Positions 37,401-48,215 are shown, counted from the first letter of the stretch. The stretch is DNA of 64,000 nt from Owenia fusiformis (GCA_903813345.2 CAIIXF020000001.1:14632001-14696000), one strand, 5' to 3'. The notes: generated from the letters alone by a model not told the origin. Numbers and translations are program-made.

Positions 37401-40400
37401 CATTATTTTTTAAGTGTTGACTTAAGTGTTTTTCGTTACATATTTTAAAAATGATATTTTCTCCAAAAGAGTGATAATACTGTAGTTCCCACTTTTTGAG
37501 GTTTTGTACATTTTTACTGTGCATCTGCAGTATCTGATGGATGGAAAGGAAATAAAGATGAAAAGATGCACTGTTGCTTTATAATACGTATGATGTGCCA
37601 TATATTCTATTGTTGTATCTAAATAGCATTTTTCTTTAATGATATGCCATTCTAAAGATCCGGCCTGTTTGTTTCCATCCATCTGGCCAAGTGCTAGATT
37701 GTACCTATTAGTTACATGTTTTATGATATCATGGTCTGTGACTGATCGAGACATTTATTTTCTTTTTCAGGCTGGAATATATTTCTTTGTTTTATTTGAC
37801 TGGTACTCAGCAGCTTTCTCAGTAATGGTTATCTCTTTGCTGGAGTGTGTCGCTGTTGCATGGGTATATGGTGAGTCTATACATCCTTAACCTTGTGTGG
37901 TCAAATAAAATAGTAATTGCTATGGTAGATTAATTCCAGCAAACATTTATAATGCCCACTCATATCATTTATAGTTCAGCCCATATTAATAAGAACCCAT
38001 TAGGAAGAAGGAAAGAGGTACATTTAATATATATTTTCTATCAATAAAATCTGTTCTTATTTCCAGGGGTGGATCGCCTATACTATGACATTGAACTGAT
38101 GATTGGTTATAAGCCCTCCATTATCTGGAAAGTTTGCTGGCGTTTTATTACCCCTATAATTATGTTGGTAAGTTCCATGTTTTAGAATAACATTCTAATA
38201 ATTCAAGGTCATCTTTCCAAACAGGGTCAAATTTAATGTCCAAAGACAGATGGTGCAAGGGGTGTCGTGCAAGGCGCCATACCCAGATTACTGTTGAGGC
38301 AGTTCTTTACTCAAAATTTTACATCTCTACATGTTTTCTCCCTGAAATAAATAATAATGGGGTGAAAAATAACTCCTTATATAGTCATGCATGCTCTCCA
38401 CATGATAAATAAATCTATAATATATAATGTACAAGCAATATATTTTAAACAATGTATACAAACTATACACATAAATGCTCCATCTTATTCAGGTAATCTT
38501 AGGGTTTACAATAGGCACAATGAATGAGCCAAAGTATGGAGATTACACATTACCACGTTGGGCTATTGCTCTCGGATGGTGTGTTGCTATGGTTTCTATT
38601 ATACCAATACCTGGAATTGCTATTTACAAGATCATAAAGGAGAAAGGAACACTTCGTCAGGTTTGTTCACTTTCATTTTATCTCCAAGGAGGATTGGGTG
38701 CCAGGACCGAAACTCAATATTTTCCAACAATGAAATCGTCGAAATGTTGTTATTTTCTGAAATTATAACCGACTATAAATTCAAAATGAACAGTTCATAA
38801 GATTCGAACCAATATCTCGATCATTTCTTGTGAATTTTGGAATTTGTTGTTAGGAAATAAAACCAAAATTTGTGATTCAAATGTTGAAGTGAACAAAATT
38901 ATAGCTGCTGTTTGAATTCGAATTTTGTATCACGACATGAATATTTATAAACAGTAAAACCGGTCTAATTGGAACACCTTTGGTACCTCTGAAAAGTGTT
39001 CCACTTGGGAGGTGTTCCATTTATAAAGGTTCATTTAACATTAAATCAGTTGGTCTTGGGACTTTGAAAAGTGTTCCACTAACAGAGGTCTTCAATTTAC
39101 AGGTTTCACTGTAGTTCAAATATAATACTATGTACACATATATATACATAACATCAGGGCTTTCAACTTGTGACCATCTAACATGAGGGGGGTAGGTGTA
39201 AATATTTTTGAAACAAATGCGTGATATATACACATATTTTGTACCAGATGTGTGACATAAACAGCAATCGCGTGCAAAGACCGAACGGAATGCGTTCGCT
39301 TTTTTTCGCCATTTGCTTTTTTACCGTGTCAGCATTTCACAAAAAGCGATTTTTAAAAATATCAACAAAATGCGTGATTTGCGTGATATTTGATCATACA
39401 CGCTAAATTGATGCGTGATTTCTATTTTTCCAGCAAATGCGTGACAATCACACCTAAAGCGTGAGGGTTGACAGGGCAGTAACATATACTGTAGACCTTT
39501 GAAACCATGTACAGTAATTACAATAATTAGAGGAGCAAGAAATATAACAGACAAGTTGAGATTATTTCTTAACAATTATCACAATTTTTCGATATATGTC
39601 TTGTTCATAAAATGGCTCGCCTGTTTTGAACTTGTACATTTCTTTTTTCAATTCTAATGAATATTTCTGCATCTTGAATCTTCAGGGAATTCTTATTTTC
39701 AGAATGACGATTGTGAAGGCAGCATCGACAATTGACATTTTTTGAAAAGTTTACTTCCAACATATTCATGCCCAGTGATTAGACAACTGGAATAGAGGGT
39801 ACTGTCAATTTCTGCTAAGAAATTCAACAAATCTGGAAGATTCATTTTTTCAATAGAAAGTTTACTGCTGAATTGCCTAATGGATAGGCACACTGTATGG
39901 TAAAATATGTTAGGACTTCTAGGATTTATTTTTTTAATTGATACGCTTCTAAGATACAAGATCTATTAAAAAAGGTGCAAGGCCATCAATGAGCACAAGT
40001 AAATGTTTTTGCTATAAATCAAGTCTACAGTCATGATTTGTAAAAAATACTTGTAAGTGACGTTATCATAACAAAAGTTATGCCATTGCTGACTTTACAA
40101 ATATGTTTCCAACATTGTAAAAAATAATCAAAAATAATTAGAATGGGACGGAGGGGGAGGCAATGGAGGGGGAGGGAGTAATAATAAGGTGGAACAAAAC
40201 ACAAAATCTTGTATTAGTAAATGAAACTGGTTGTTTATAATGTATGTAATGGAAACTTATATTTTATAAAGTCAGCAAAAGCATTCATTTTGTTATGGCC
40301 TCACTTACATGTTCTTATTACAGGATGCGAAGACCATTGTAGCTTGATTTATAGCAGAAACACTGTCTTGTGCACGTTGGTGGCGTTGTGCCTTTTTCAT

Positions 40401-40878
40401 AGATCTTGTATCTTATACACGTATTGATTCCCAAAAAATCCTATAGGACCAAACATATTTTACCATACCGTACACCTATCCAGTAGGCAATCCAATAGTA
40501 AACTTTCTCTTGAAAAAATAAATCTTCCAGATTTGTTGAATTTCTAGTAGAAATTGCCTGCTCCCCCGTCCCATTTTTCCGACCACCATGCGTGATGTTT
40601 CCAACTCTTTGTATTTTTTGCTGGCTTGGACCATAGTTCAAGCCAGCACAAGCCTTTTCACAATATAACTTTCAAAATGATTTTTTTAGAGGCTCTGGAA
40701 GTTGACCCGACCAGAGGATGATTGGGGTCCAGCATTGCAGAAATATCGCAAGACCTATAAATACAGCAAAAACTATAATTCTGCAAATAATGGAGAGCTC
40801 CACAATCTATACCCTGTTACAACGACCATAAATACAGGAATTACTCCACCAACTAACGACAAAGTAGATAATGTATAG
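1296..40878 (+). CDS. SLC6 Na+/Cl- dependent neurotransmitter/amino-acid transporter, glycine transporter (GlyT1/GlyT2)-like; 5'-partial, 11 constitutive exons plus one of 5 alternative exons
   Basis: Manual splicing of exons 1296-1427, 18920-19247, 20632-20764, 21694-21828, 23784-23887, 24636-24760, [one 113-nt exon], 37149-37280, 37771-37870, 38067-38167, 38493-38660, 40690-40878 gives a continuous frame (1760 nt) with matching phases. SLC6 motifs: [62 protein letters not shown] (AWGGL as in GlyT1/GlyT2), GLD[ST]QFG, DWY, WGP. TM1 exon not found in the window. Confidence 0.95.
1795..1973. mobile_element. CAG-ended MITE with 5-bp TSD
   Basis: GCAAT|CAGGGGTTTCA...TGAAACCCCTG|GCAAT. Confidence 0.65.
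5015..5921. repeat. Two direct copies (about 5091-5404 and 5622-5921) of a hairpin-ended element with 29-bp palindromes
   Basis: Near-identical blocks GGAGGATATCGTGACGATATACTCCG...AAAATCATAGGATATCCTATAA. Confidence 0.75.
7755..8548. mobile_element. Tc1/mariner-type MITE nested in the Sola-like element
   Basis: TA|CACT...AGTG|TA; about 65-bp imperfect TIRs. Confidence 0.75.
11168..14298. mobile_element. Foldback/MULE-like element with minisatellite TIR arms
   Basis: Termini GGGTGTCTACAAAAC...GTTTTGTAGACACCC; 10-bp TSD GTTTCCAAAT (11158-11167 / 14299-14308); arms of about 0.9-1.1 kb built from a 42-bp (23+19) unit in opposite orientations. Confidence 0.88.
12512..12997. mobile_element. Palindromic MITE-like insert at the centre of the foldback element
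   Basis: TTAGTTAAGAATTCCTAATAGAATTAAGAATT is inverted at about 12966-12997; imperfect arms of about 140 bp. Confidence 0.7.
15741..16317 (+). mobile_element. HINE-like element, same family as 33229-35229 (about 3 core units)
   Basis: Same 5' and 3' ends and same core repeat. Confidence 0.75.
18576..18890. mobile_element. Kolobok-like MITE
   Basis: TTAA|GGTGGCCT...AGGCCACC|TTAA. Confidence 0.6.
18920..19247 (+). CDS. SLC6 exon (TM3 and EL2)
   Basis: tttcag| ... |gtgagt, 328 nt, phase 1-2; [21 protein letters not shown]...[15 protein letters not shown]...TSAEEYW. Confidence 0.95.
19434..20310 (+). mobile_element. HINE-like element, same family, with a nested tRNA-derived fragment (19717-19782, -) and a TIR MITE (about 19915-20249)
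   Basis: Shared ends and core; nested AGCTTGTATTCGC...GCGAATACAAGCT inverted pair. Confidence 0.7.
20632..20764 (+). CDS. SLC6 exon (TM4)
   Basis: ttttag| ... |gtaagc, 133 nt, phase 2-0; [44 protein letters not shown] (not in the ORF track). Confidence 0.95.
20800..21250. repeat. Degenerate tandem repeat (GTTCAGAG core)
   Basis: Many GTTCAGAG / AGGCCTAAGTTCAGAGA units. Confidence 0.7.
21694..21828 (+). CDS. SLC6 exon (TM5)
   Basis: ttccag| ... |gtaaag, 135 nt; [45 protein letters not shown]. Confidence 0.95.
21885..22071. mobile_element. pogo/Tigger-like MITE (relatives at 38952-39111, 45243-45422, 49918-50303, 55677-55860)
   Basis: TA|CAGTAAAACCTG...CAGGTTTTA[C/T][T/A]G|TA termini. Confidence 0.7.
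22091..22683. mobile_element. Hairpin-ended non-autonomous element (related hairpins at 5255-5404, 5780-5921, 57853-58010)
   Basis: About 150-bp terminal hairpin GGATATCCTATGATTTT...AAAATCATAGGATATC with a GAGCG.AGCGA loop, followed by ATTTATCCAATGG...CCATTGGATAAAT inverted pair. Confidence 0.65.
23784..23887 (+). CDS. SLC6 exon (TM6)
   Basis: gtttag| ... |gtacag, 104 nt, phase 0-2; [34 protein letters not shown]. Confidence 0.95.
24636..24760 (+). CDS. SLC6 exon (TM7, EL4a)
   Basis: ttttag| ... |gtaaga, 125 nt, phase 2-1; [41 protein letters not shown]. Confidence 0.95.
25791..25903 (+). CDS. SLC6 alternative EL4b/TM8 exon variant 1: [38 protein letters not shown]
   Basis: ttatag| acceptor, non-canonical CAG|gcaagt donor, 113 nt, phase 1-0. 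Confidence 0.88.
26271..27016 (+). mobile_element. HINE-like element, second family
   Basis: Subterminal IR ATCCCAACGAAC / GTTCGTTGGGAT, (GTCC)n microsatellite, 3' hairpin GCTACTCCGTGGAGTTGC. Confidence 0.75.
27378..27490 (+). CDS. SLC6 alternative EL4b/TM8 exon variant 2: [38 protein letters not shown]
   Basis: ttccag| ... |gtagga, 113 nt, phase 1-0, open frame; most divergent copy. Confidence 0.85.
28171..29863 (+). mobile_element. HINE-like element, same family, interrupted by two inserts (about 28291-28774 and 28981-29425)
   Basis: Core units resume after each insert; same 3' end. Confidence 0.7.
30212..30324 (+). CDS. SLC6 alternative EL4b/TM8 exon variant 3: [38 protein letters not shown]
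   Basis: ttgcag| ... |gtgagt, 113 nt, phase 1-0. Confidence 0.88.
30437..30615. mobile_element. CAG-ended MITE
   Basis: GTTCT|CAGGCCCGTAGCCAG...CTGGTTATTGGGCTG|ATTCT; absent from the paralogous intron copy near 31705. Confidence 0.65.
31173..31285 (+). CDS. SLC6 alternative EL4b/TM8 exon variant 4: [38 protein letters not shown] (possibly decaying)
   Basis: ttgcag| ... |gtgagt, 113 nt, open frame; G-to-E and P-to-S at positions invariant in the other four copies. Confidence 0.7.
31520..31632 (+). CDS. SLC6 alternative EL4b/TM8 exon variant 5: [38 protein letters not shown]
   Basis: ttgcag| ... |gtgagt, 113 nt, phase 1-0. Confidence 0.88.
32716..33101. mobile_element. MITE with an internal duplication of about 185 bp
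   Basis: 22-bp TIR AAAGGACGATTCTCGGTTTGGA. Confidence 0.7.
33229..35229 (+). mobile_element. Helentron-associated (HINE-like) element with an internal array of about 13 repeats of 135-148 bp
   Basis: 5' TGTCACCACC..GTGGTGACA, GGCGTCC/GGCGGTT microsatellite, tandem TTTGACCTTCAATGACCTTCTCAAGGTCAAAA units, 3' GGTGGTGACATTTTGTCATGTTAATGCCTTGTT. Confidence 0.8.
35627..35860. mobile_element. mariner-like MITE
   Basis: TA|CAGGGTG...CACCCTG|TA with extended imperfect TIRs. Confidence 0.7.
36041..36540. mobile_element. 500-bp near-palindromic MITE with a 6-bp flanking duplication
   Basis: CACAGGGTGTGTA...TACACACCCTGTG; TACTTG on both sides. Confidence 0.7.
36754..36987. mobile_element. MITE
   Basis: Inverted repeat TTTAAAACTATTGTTAGCAGGGGATA. 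Confidence 0.65.
37149..37280 (+). CDS. SLC6 exon (end of TM8, TM9)
   Basis: tttcag| ... |gtgagt, 132 nt; [44 protein letters not shown]. Confidence 0.95.
37771..37870 (+). CDS. SLC6 exon (TM10)
   Basis: tttcag| ... |gtgagt, 100 nt, phase 0-1; [33 protein letters not shown]. Confidence 0.95.
38067..38167 (+). CDS. SLC6 exon (IL5, TM11)
   Basis: ttccag| ... |gtaagt, 101 nt, phase 1-0; [34 protein letters not shown]. Confidence 0.95.
38493..38660 (+). CDS. SLC6 exon (TM12)
   Basis: attcag| ... |gtttgt, 168 nt; [56 protein letters not shown]. Confidence 0.93.
40690..40878 (+). CDS. SLC6 terminal coding exon (cytoplasmic C-tail)
   Basis: ttttag| then [20 protein letters not shown]...NDKVDNV*; the P...WGP motif is typical of SLC6 C-tails. 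Confidence 0.9.
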   Translation, partial: RLWKLTRPEDDWGPALQKYRKTYKYSKNYNSANNGELHNLYPVTTTINTGITPPTNDKVDNV

Positions 40879-42414
40879 ACTGAAGAAATGTATAGACTGA
40901 AGAAGAAGCTAGAAGTTGTGTATATTTTCTGTTGTTGAGAATAGAAAGCAACTAATCTGTGCGAGGGGAGATTGGAAAGTCTGCATGCATATTTCAGAAG
41001 TATTACATTGAATTCCAATACCCTACATCTTGAATCTAATTTGACAAAAATGAAAAGACAACCTATTGTTATAAGTTACCTAAGATGTCTGCCTATTGAG
41101 TGTCCCCTCTCATTAATTAATGCCAGGGACCATTTAAAGGAAAACCTTTGTCAAAGACTGAATAATTGTGGGTCTGTTATAAAAATGTCACGAAAACCAT
41201 ATTGCTGGTTGATACAGATAAAATTTGAAATGGATATAGAGATGACTTTGATCTTATTGATTTTAGGAAAATATCCATATGACAATTTTATTGCTGATTG
41301 AGATATGGTTGAATATTATGATATAACATGTACTCCCAATGGATCGTTGAAGTGTGTGTATACTTTGAAACTGTTACTATGTAGAAATTATTAAGAATGT
41401 TATTGCCATATATTATAAATTTTGATGCAATTTACGATGAGGCTGTGAAAAATCTATATTAATGTTGTCCCAGTACTGTGTCACATTTAATGTGTATTTG
41501 TACATAGTGTAGGCCATAAAACAGGGTGTGGCCTGAGAATTCAAATCATGCTGAAATTAATGCCTGGTCTGTTACTGATCTGTCCCATCTCCCGAGTGAC
41601 TTATTTTAGACCATTTTCTGGATATTCTTGTTCATTGTAAAATCTGGACAGTGATCAATATACAAATTCTTGTGCTATACCTTGCTTTGTTATCACACAA
41701 TGCTTGATCAGGTATTATGTAGTAATCTATCAATTGACCAACTTGGTTCAACCATCACAGATAGATCATGTCTAAATATCCATACAAAATAAATTAATGC
41801 ATATTTTGTCATAAGTAATTTATCTGAAAAGATACCTGATTATCATTTTCAAATCCAAAATTAGCAAAAAGTCTTATTTCAAAGGATAAAATGACATTTA
41901 TTAAAATATGTATGGCGTGCATGATAAGTGCTTTTTCTCATTAAAGTTAATTTATACTAGGGTTGATCTATATTATGCAGAGTATCAGCATATTGTCAAA
42001 AATGAAAAAATGAGTACAATATTCTGCCAAATTTTGGTTACCTATAATATGTGGTGTGATTGTCCACATGTGGTATAATACTTGTATGATTTATTTTCCA
42101 GATGTGTTTTAATACCCCATGGAATCATAAGTCAAAATGCTCCAGTGTTTTTTGATATTTAAAGTTTTACATTTAGATCTTCCCTTGTATAATTAAAATG
42201 ACTCATTACAATTAAATATGCAACAACTGAAGGCTGTGAACTTTTGTATTGAAGATTTTACGCATTACATACATATATATGTAAAACTAATTATAAAATT
42301 GTAGACATGTAGTTGTAATTGTAAAAATATGTTTGAATGTTGTCAGGTTAAACATAAGTTGTTATCGATCTGGCTTATTAAGTTGAACCTTTTTCACATA
42401 GGCTTGCATCATGA

Positions 42415-43165
42415 GGGCAACATGGATATATAGCTAGGGCATCACCCATATATGGGGAAACACAGATATATTGGGAAACACAGATATATAGGGCAGCTCA
42501 GATAAAAGGGGCAGCACAGATATATTGGGCAACACAGATATGTGGGGCAGTTCAAGTGAAAGGGGCAACACAGATATATTGGGCAACACAGATATGTGGG
42601 GCAGTTCAAGTGAAAGGGGCAACACAGATATATTGGGCAACACAGATATGTGGGGCAGTTCAAGTGAAAGGGGCAACACAGATATATTGGGCAACACAGA
42701 TATATAGGGCAGCTCAGATAAAAGGGGCAACACAGATATATTGGGCAACACAGATATGTGGAGCAGTTCAAGTGAAAAGGGCAACACAGATTTATGGGGC
42801 ATCACGGATAAAAGGGGCAACACAGATATATTGGGCAACACAGATATGTGGAGCAGTTCAAGTGAAAGGGGCAACACAGATATATGGGGCATCACGGATA
42901 AAAGGGGCAACACAGATATATTGGGCAACACAGATATGTGGAGCAGTTCAAGTGAAAGGGGCAACACAGATATATGGGGCAAAACAAATATATTAAGTAT
43001 CACAGATATAGGAGGCAATACAAATATATGGGGCATCAAAGATATGTGGGGAAAGTTAGTATATGGAACAGCAAACATATAAGGAGCAACACAGATATGT
43101 GGGCAACAGATATATGAGAGCACCACAAATATATAAAACAACACAGGTATGTGGTCCAACACAGA
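42415..43165. repeat. Minisatellite, 18-bp subunits in 54-57-bp higher-order units
   Basis: GGGCAACACAGATATATT / GGGCAACACAGATATGTG / GGGCAGTTCAAGTGAAAG. Confidence 0.9.
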
Positions 43166-43679
43166 TGTGAAAGATATTATGTAGTACAGAAATTATCACT
43201 AAGCATCGTGAAGGCCACATGCATGTTATTATCATGAAATTATACATGTTGTTGAAAGGTATTGTAAATAGATATTATTGTTGCTAATAACTTGAGATGA
43301 AATCAAATTGTGTACACTGAAGTATTGCTACCCATATATATACTGTAGGTTCATTTCTGCTCAGAAGTGTCCACTGCATGCTTGCAGTCATTTAACATTG
43401 CAAAAATTGGCATAGTATTCATTCAGTATTTGAATAGAATAAGGGTTCAATAATTATATTCAATATTTGAATTTACTTTATAAATCATGTATACAAATGT
43501 TCAATAGGCAATATTTTCTTTGCTTATATATTCAATGTAGATATGCAATGTATATGTTTTCGTACTTAAATGTGCATGTAGTGTAACACACAGCAATAAC
43601 ATTGTAGAACCATCACTCAGTATCATTCTTTCATGTTATAATATTAATAACAAAAAGAGGCAGTTATCTTTTGGTGGAT

Positions 43680-44010
43680 GAGATATAGACTGAGTGACAC
43701 ATGTGAGTGGATAAGACACTTTAATGGATAAGATACCCAGAGTGGATGAGACACTTGAGTGGAGACACTTGAGTGGATGAGACACTGGATTAAATGTGAC
43801 ACTTGAGTGGATGATAAACTTGAGTAGATGAGACAGTTGAGTGGAAGAGAAACTTGAGTGGATGAAATAATTGAGTGGATGTGACACTTTAGTGCATAAG
43901 AAATTTGAGTGGAACTTGAGTGGATGCAACACTTGAGTGGATGAGAACTTGAGTGGATGCAACACTTGAGTGGATGAAACACTTGAGTGGATGGAAAATT
44001 TGACACTTGT
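43680..44010. repeat. Degenerate minisatellite (ACACTTGAGTGGATG)
   Basis: More than 12 imperfect 15-20-bp units. Confidence 0.85.
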
Positions 44011-45884
44011 GTGAATAAGAAGCTTACGAGGATTGCCACTAATGGATCATCATTACTTGCCTCCTTTCCGATTCCATTACATCATCATTAAAATATTAAG
44101 CTTAGTTTTTCTTGGTTAATTTTAATTTTGTAAAATATCCACATCGAAATTCATTCTATCTGCAACAATTATTTACAACATTTTGTTTCAGTCATTGGTA
44201 TTTTGCATATACATGCCCCTCATACCATCGTGTAATGTTTGTTTCAATTCAGTCATTGGTATCTTGCATATACATGCCCCTCATACACAGGGATACAGAC
44301 TAAATGTACCAGATGTACAGTATTATTATTTTTGCAACATTTTTTCATTTTTGTGTTAACCTATTATACGAACAATATGTATCTCTTACATTGTTAGGCT
44401 ATGATAAATAAATCAGAGTTAAGCATCCTTTATATGAGTTCTGAAGATACACTTAATTTGACGCTACTTACTTGACAGATTTGCTCAATTTCAAATATTG
44501 GCGACTTTTTAATTTGGCAGATTCAGGACTGAAGTTTCATTTTGCAGATTCCTCCAGTTATTTTTATCTCCACTGAAGCACACTGGAATGCCTGTTTGTC
44601 TATATTAGTGTCACTACGTCTACGGCGTGTATTTACCAAGATATTATCTGGAGTTCTCTCAAAATAAAGTAGAATTGACATTTTAACAAAATTTAGGGAA
44701 AATGAAACTGGGAAGTTTATTTCTGGTAGTGCACTGCACGAACTGAAATTTCCCTGGGGATTTTCCAAAATACATATCTGCAAATTGGTGCATTTTTAAT
44801 TTGGTTGATTTATTCAATCCACAGATTCATCTAATTAAAACAGTAGCCAATTTAAGTGTACCTACATTATGTAATGAAAAATAATCTAAGATTCTGTCAA
44901 ATTTGTTTATTTTATTGTACATTATCTGCCAAATTTTGGGTATGTTAGAAGACAAAATGTGCTACCCCCTCATAATTCTCTGAAAACAAAAATTATAATC
45001 AAAGAATTTATTACTCTAGCCGTACATCCATGAGATACATTATACATGTGCATTCTAATATTACTTTATTTTCACTTATATTACTCTATAGTCTACCTGA
45101 AAGGATACAATATGTCATCACAATTATATCGTTGTAATAAATACATGTAATAGATATAAATAGACACATATCTTCATGTTTAGTCTCTAACCAATCTCTT
45201 GAAAATATTATGAAAATTTGAATTTCCCGAATTTGTAATATACAGTAAAACCTGTCTTAGTGAACACCTCTCTCTAGTGAACACCTGTCTCTATCGGACA
45301 CCCTCCGCACACACGTCAACTGGTTTCTGTATAAATTACTCGTTCTGCAGTGAACACCTACCAACACCTACGAACATTTTTTCTTGGCAAAAACATGTTC
45401 AATTTACATGTAGGTTTCACTGTAACTGATTTTCTGATGCATGTCCCTATACTACTAGTATATATGATTGAAGAAAGTGATCTTTTGTCCCCAAATGATA
45501 TTATTAGAGAAATTGATTTACCCATCATTAGGGGCGCATGTCTCTACTGCTCAATACATGTTAATGAATGCCCCATTTATAGATGAATATTGGAAAAATC
45601 ATCTCCAATACATTAGGGATGCTGTATAAAATGATAAGAAAAGATACGCAACTCAGATGTACATGCCATGGAATGCAGATTGAAGACTTCATTAGGGTAT
45701 CTCATGTCAAGATCTGATTTTCAATTAATCTGACACCATTTTGTGGAATGCCTCAGATGTGCAACATTGTCATTGTTACCATGGTTACACTGGTATGGTG
45801 GTGTCAGTGATCACATTAAGATCTGGAATGGTCACCGGGGACTTACAAACATTTGTGCATACTTCAACTAGGACTTTTGTATTG

Positions 45885-47301
45885 TCAGCCAGACATACAT
45901 TTCTTGAGCAGTTCCTTTGCACTTTGTGGCAGCATAACAATAGAGCCGGGTTTATTGGCCTTTGTTAGTCGCAGTTGAAAACCTTCCTTGCCCTCTAATA
46001 GGTGTCGCTCTTTGTTCCAAGAGAACAAAGCTCCATCTGTAGTCTCAAGGAAAGGATTAATTTCAATAACCCAGATTTTTTCCTCTGAAATCAAAATTTA
46101 TGAATATTATAATTGATGCTTGATTATAAAAAATAAAGCGGCAGTAACAGATATTGTCACATTTTGTGAGTATCGAGTCATTGAATAAATACCCCCCCCC
46201 CCCCTTCATTACTTTGAAACTGGAAATCCACATAGAAATTGTGTTAAAGCATATTTATGTTCGAATCTTAATTTTGTTTGTAATGTAGATTACAACATGT
46301 TGAAACAGCCAAGGCTCTAACATGTTGTTCTAAGGGGACTTCCAATTGCCAAACTTTTGAGGGGGGGGGGGTGTATGCCTGGTATGTGTCAATCATTTTT
46401 TAGACTCACCTGTGGAATTATTACACACTGCAAAGTCAATCACATAATCATGAGGGAAGTTTTTCTGTTTCATCTTCTCTTTGATAGATTTGTCAAAAAA
46501 TCTTTGAATCCTCTCAGATATTTGTTTGCCTTCTTTCAATAGTCTCCCGGAAAATATCAGATAATTGTACTGAGACAGTGCCACGAGGTCATGCTCAAAA
46601 ACAAAACCACGAAATTCCATATCTATGTCAATATCAATGAATTTTCTAATGACAAAGTTTTCATTAAATCTCTCCGGGTTGTCCCTGGCTAATGTGAGGT
46701 CTTGATAAATGCGAAGACTCCTTAAAAACATATCAAAGACTTCTTCAGCCGAATGTATCCGCTGCGCCTCAAATGCTGCTGTTAATAACGCAGATATCTG
46801 AGAATTTTCAGAATTGTCTCGACAAGTATTGATTGTCTTTTTAAAAATATCAACAAATCTTTTCTGCACTAATGGGGCATCTTTAGCACTCCTGCTTGAT
46901 GTCTTCACAAAAACATCAGATCCCTCTTTGACAAATTCATCAATTTTTGATTGCAAGCGATTCCTCAAAATTTCCACTTGCTTGACTTCTTGTTCATTTA
47001 AACCATCTCTCCAATCTATACCAGCAATTTTTGACTCATCAATATCCTTATAAAGTCGTTCATATATCTCTATAAATAAATTTGCATCCTCTTTTGTTAT
47101 TTCACAGTATTTTGTAGGGAATGTTTCCTCTTTGAGAATATCAACCCAAAGTTCTGTGTTAACATCTAAAACGCTATTCTGATAGTCAGATATTTCTTGT
47201 TCACTGATAAACCCTCCAAGTTTTGGGTTTGAGAAATCAGAGGTGGGTTTGGCGGACTTCTTCAACTTGATTGCTTTCAACTGTTGTTCCAGGCTTGCCA
47301 T
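45885..47301 (-). CDS. Cdc123/D123-family (R2K clade) ATP-grasp protein, 363 aa; coding exons 47301-46410 and 46084-45885
   Basis: ATG at 47301, 11 nt after a tttcag acceptor, so a 5'UTR exon lies upstream. Phase-1 intron G|gtgagt...tttcag|AG. Motifs FVKTSSRSAKDA, EFRGFV, ALSQY, YVIDFAV, IWVIEINPF, DGALFSW. Confidence 0.85.
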
Positions 47302-47978
47302 AGTCAAATGATCTGAAATTCATAAATGTTCCCAGTTTAGGTAGATTACACAGTCTATTCACTTTTATATTATTTCCACAGTATGTTATCCTATTCACCA
47401 CTAAAATACCTGTCCTTCAATAAACATGTACACTGTAGTGCTTACATCAAATATCCATACCATCCCTCAATTCAGTTAGGCTAGTTTGTACTACAATTTA
47501 GTCTGTAGGACGTTTAGAGTCCATTTCACTGTTTAATTTCGTCAGTAAAACCTAAAAAATAAGAAATCAAAATATCATTATGCAAGAATATATGAAAATA
47601 TATTCCTATTATACATGAATGACATTTGTATATCTTGGATTGCCTCTAGTTTGGCTTATAAAGTGTGTGGCCTCTTATATTTGGATGCTTCTCTGCCATG
47701 TTATTTTCAATAAGATTAACATGGCTGAAATTCTTCAAATTACAAGACAGTACAGGCTTAGACCTATTGCACAAAAAACTAAAAAATCTGAAATATACAA
47801 ATGTCATTCATGTACAATATGAATATACTTTTCCATATATTATTGCACAATGGTCTCCCGATTTCTTATTTTTGGGTACTGACGCAATAAAACAGTTCCA
47901 GGGCAGTTCGAAGAACTACGTATTAGATGTCCGTGACATTTACAAAGAAATGAATCCATGAGTAGAAAACCTTAGCTA

Positions 47979-48215
47979 CAGTTGGGGACATAAATAAATG
48001 ACAGGTGGATTTGCTGAAGTGAGGATTTCCCATGTTAAAAATAAGAGAATTTACAAGAGGCCATACATCAATGGATGAGATTATACAAAATGTAAAATAT
48101 ACAAATTTTAAGGGATATATATCTAGACAATATTGGAACTTATGGGCTTTCAGACCACCATAATTAGGAAATGGTGATCGAAAATCGACCTGTCATTTAT
48201 TTTTGTCCCCAACTG
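47979..48215. mobile_element. Tc1/mariner-like MITE
   Basis: TA|CAGTTGGGGACA..AATAAATGACAGGT and its inverse, TA TSD. Confidence 0.75.

Noticed and set aside
42434-43247. Long ORFs (242, 146, 113, 109 aa) resembling repeat or Cys-rich proteins
   Set aside because: They are open on both strands because the minisatellite period is a multiple of 3; no splice context or non-repetitive domain.
46393-47307. ORF-track 304-aa protein as the complete product
   Set aside because: The start is a TTG and the tail reads into an intron; splicing to 46084-45885 adds the IEINPF/LFSW motifs.
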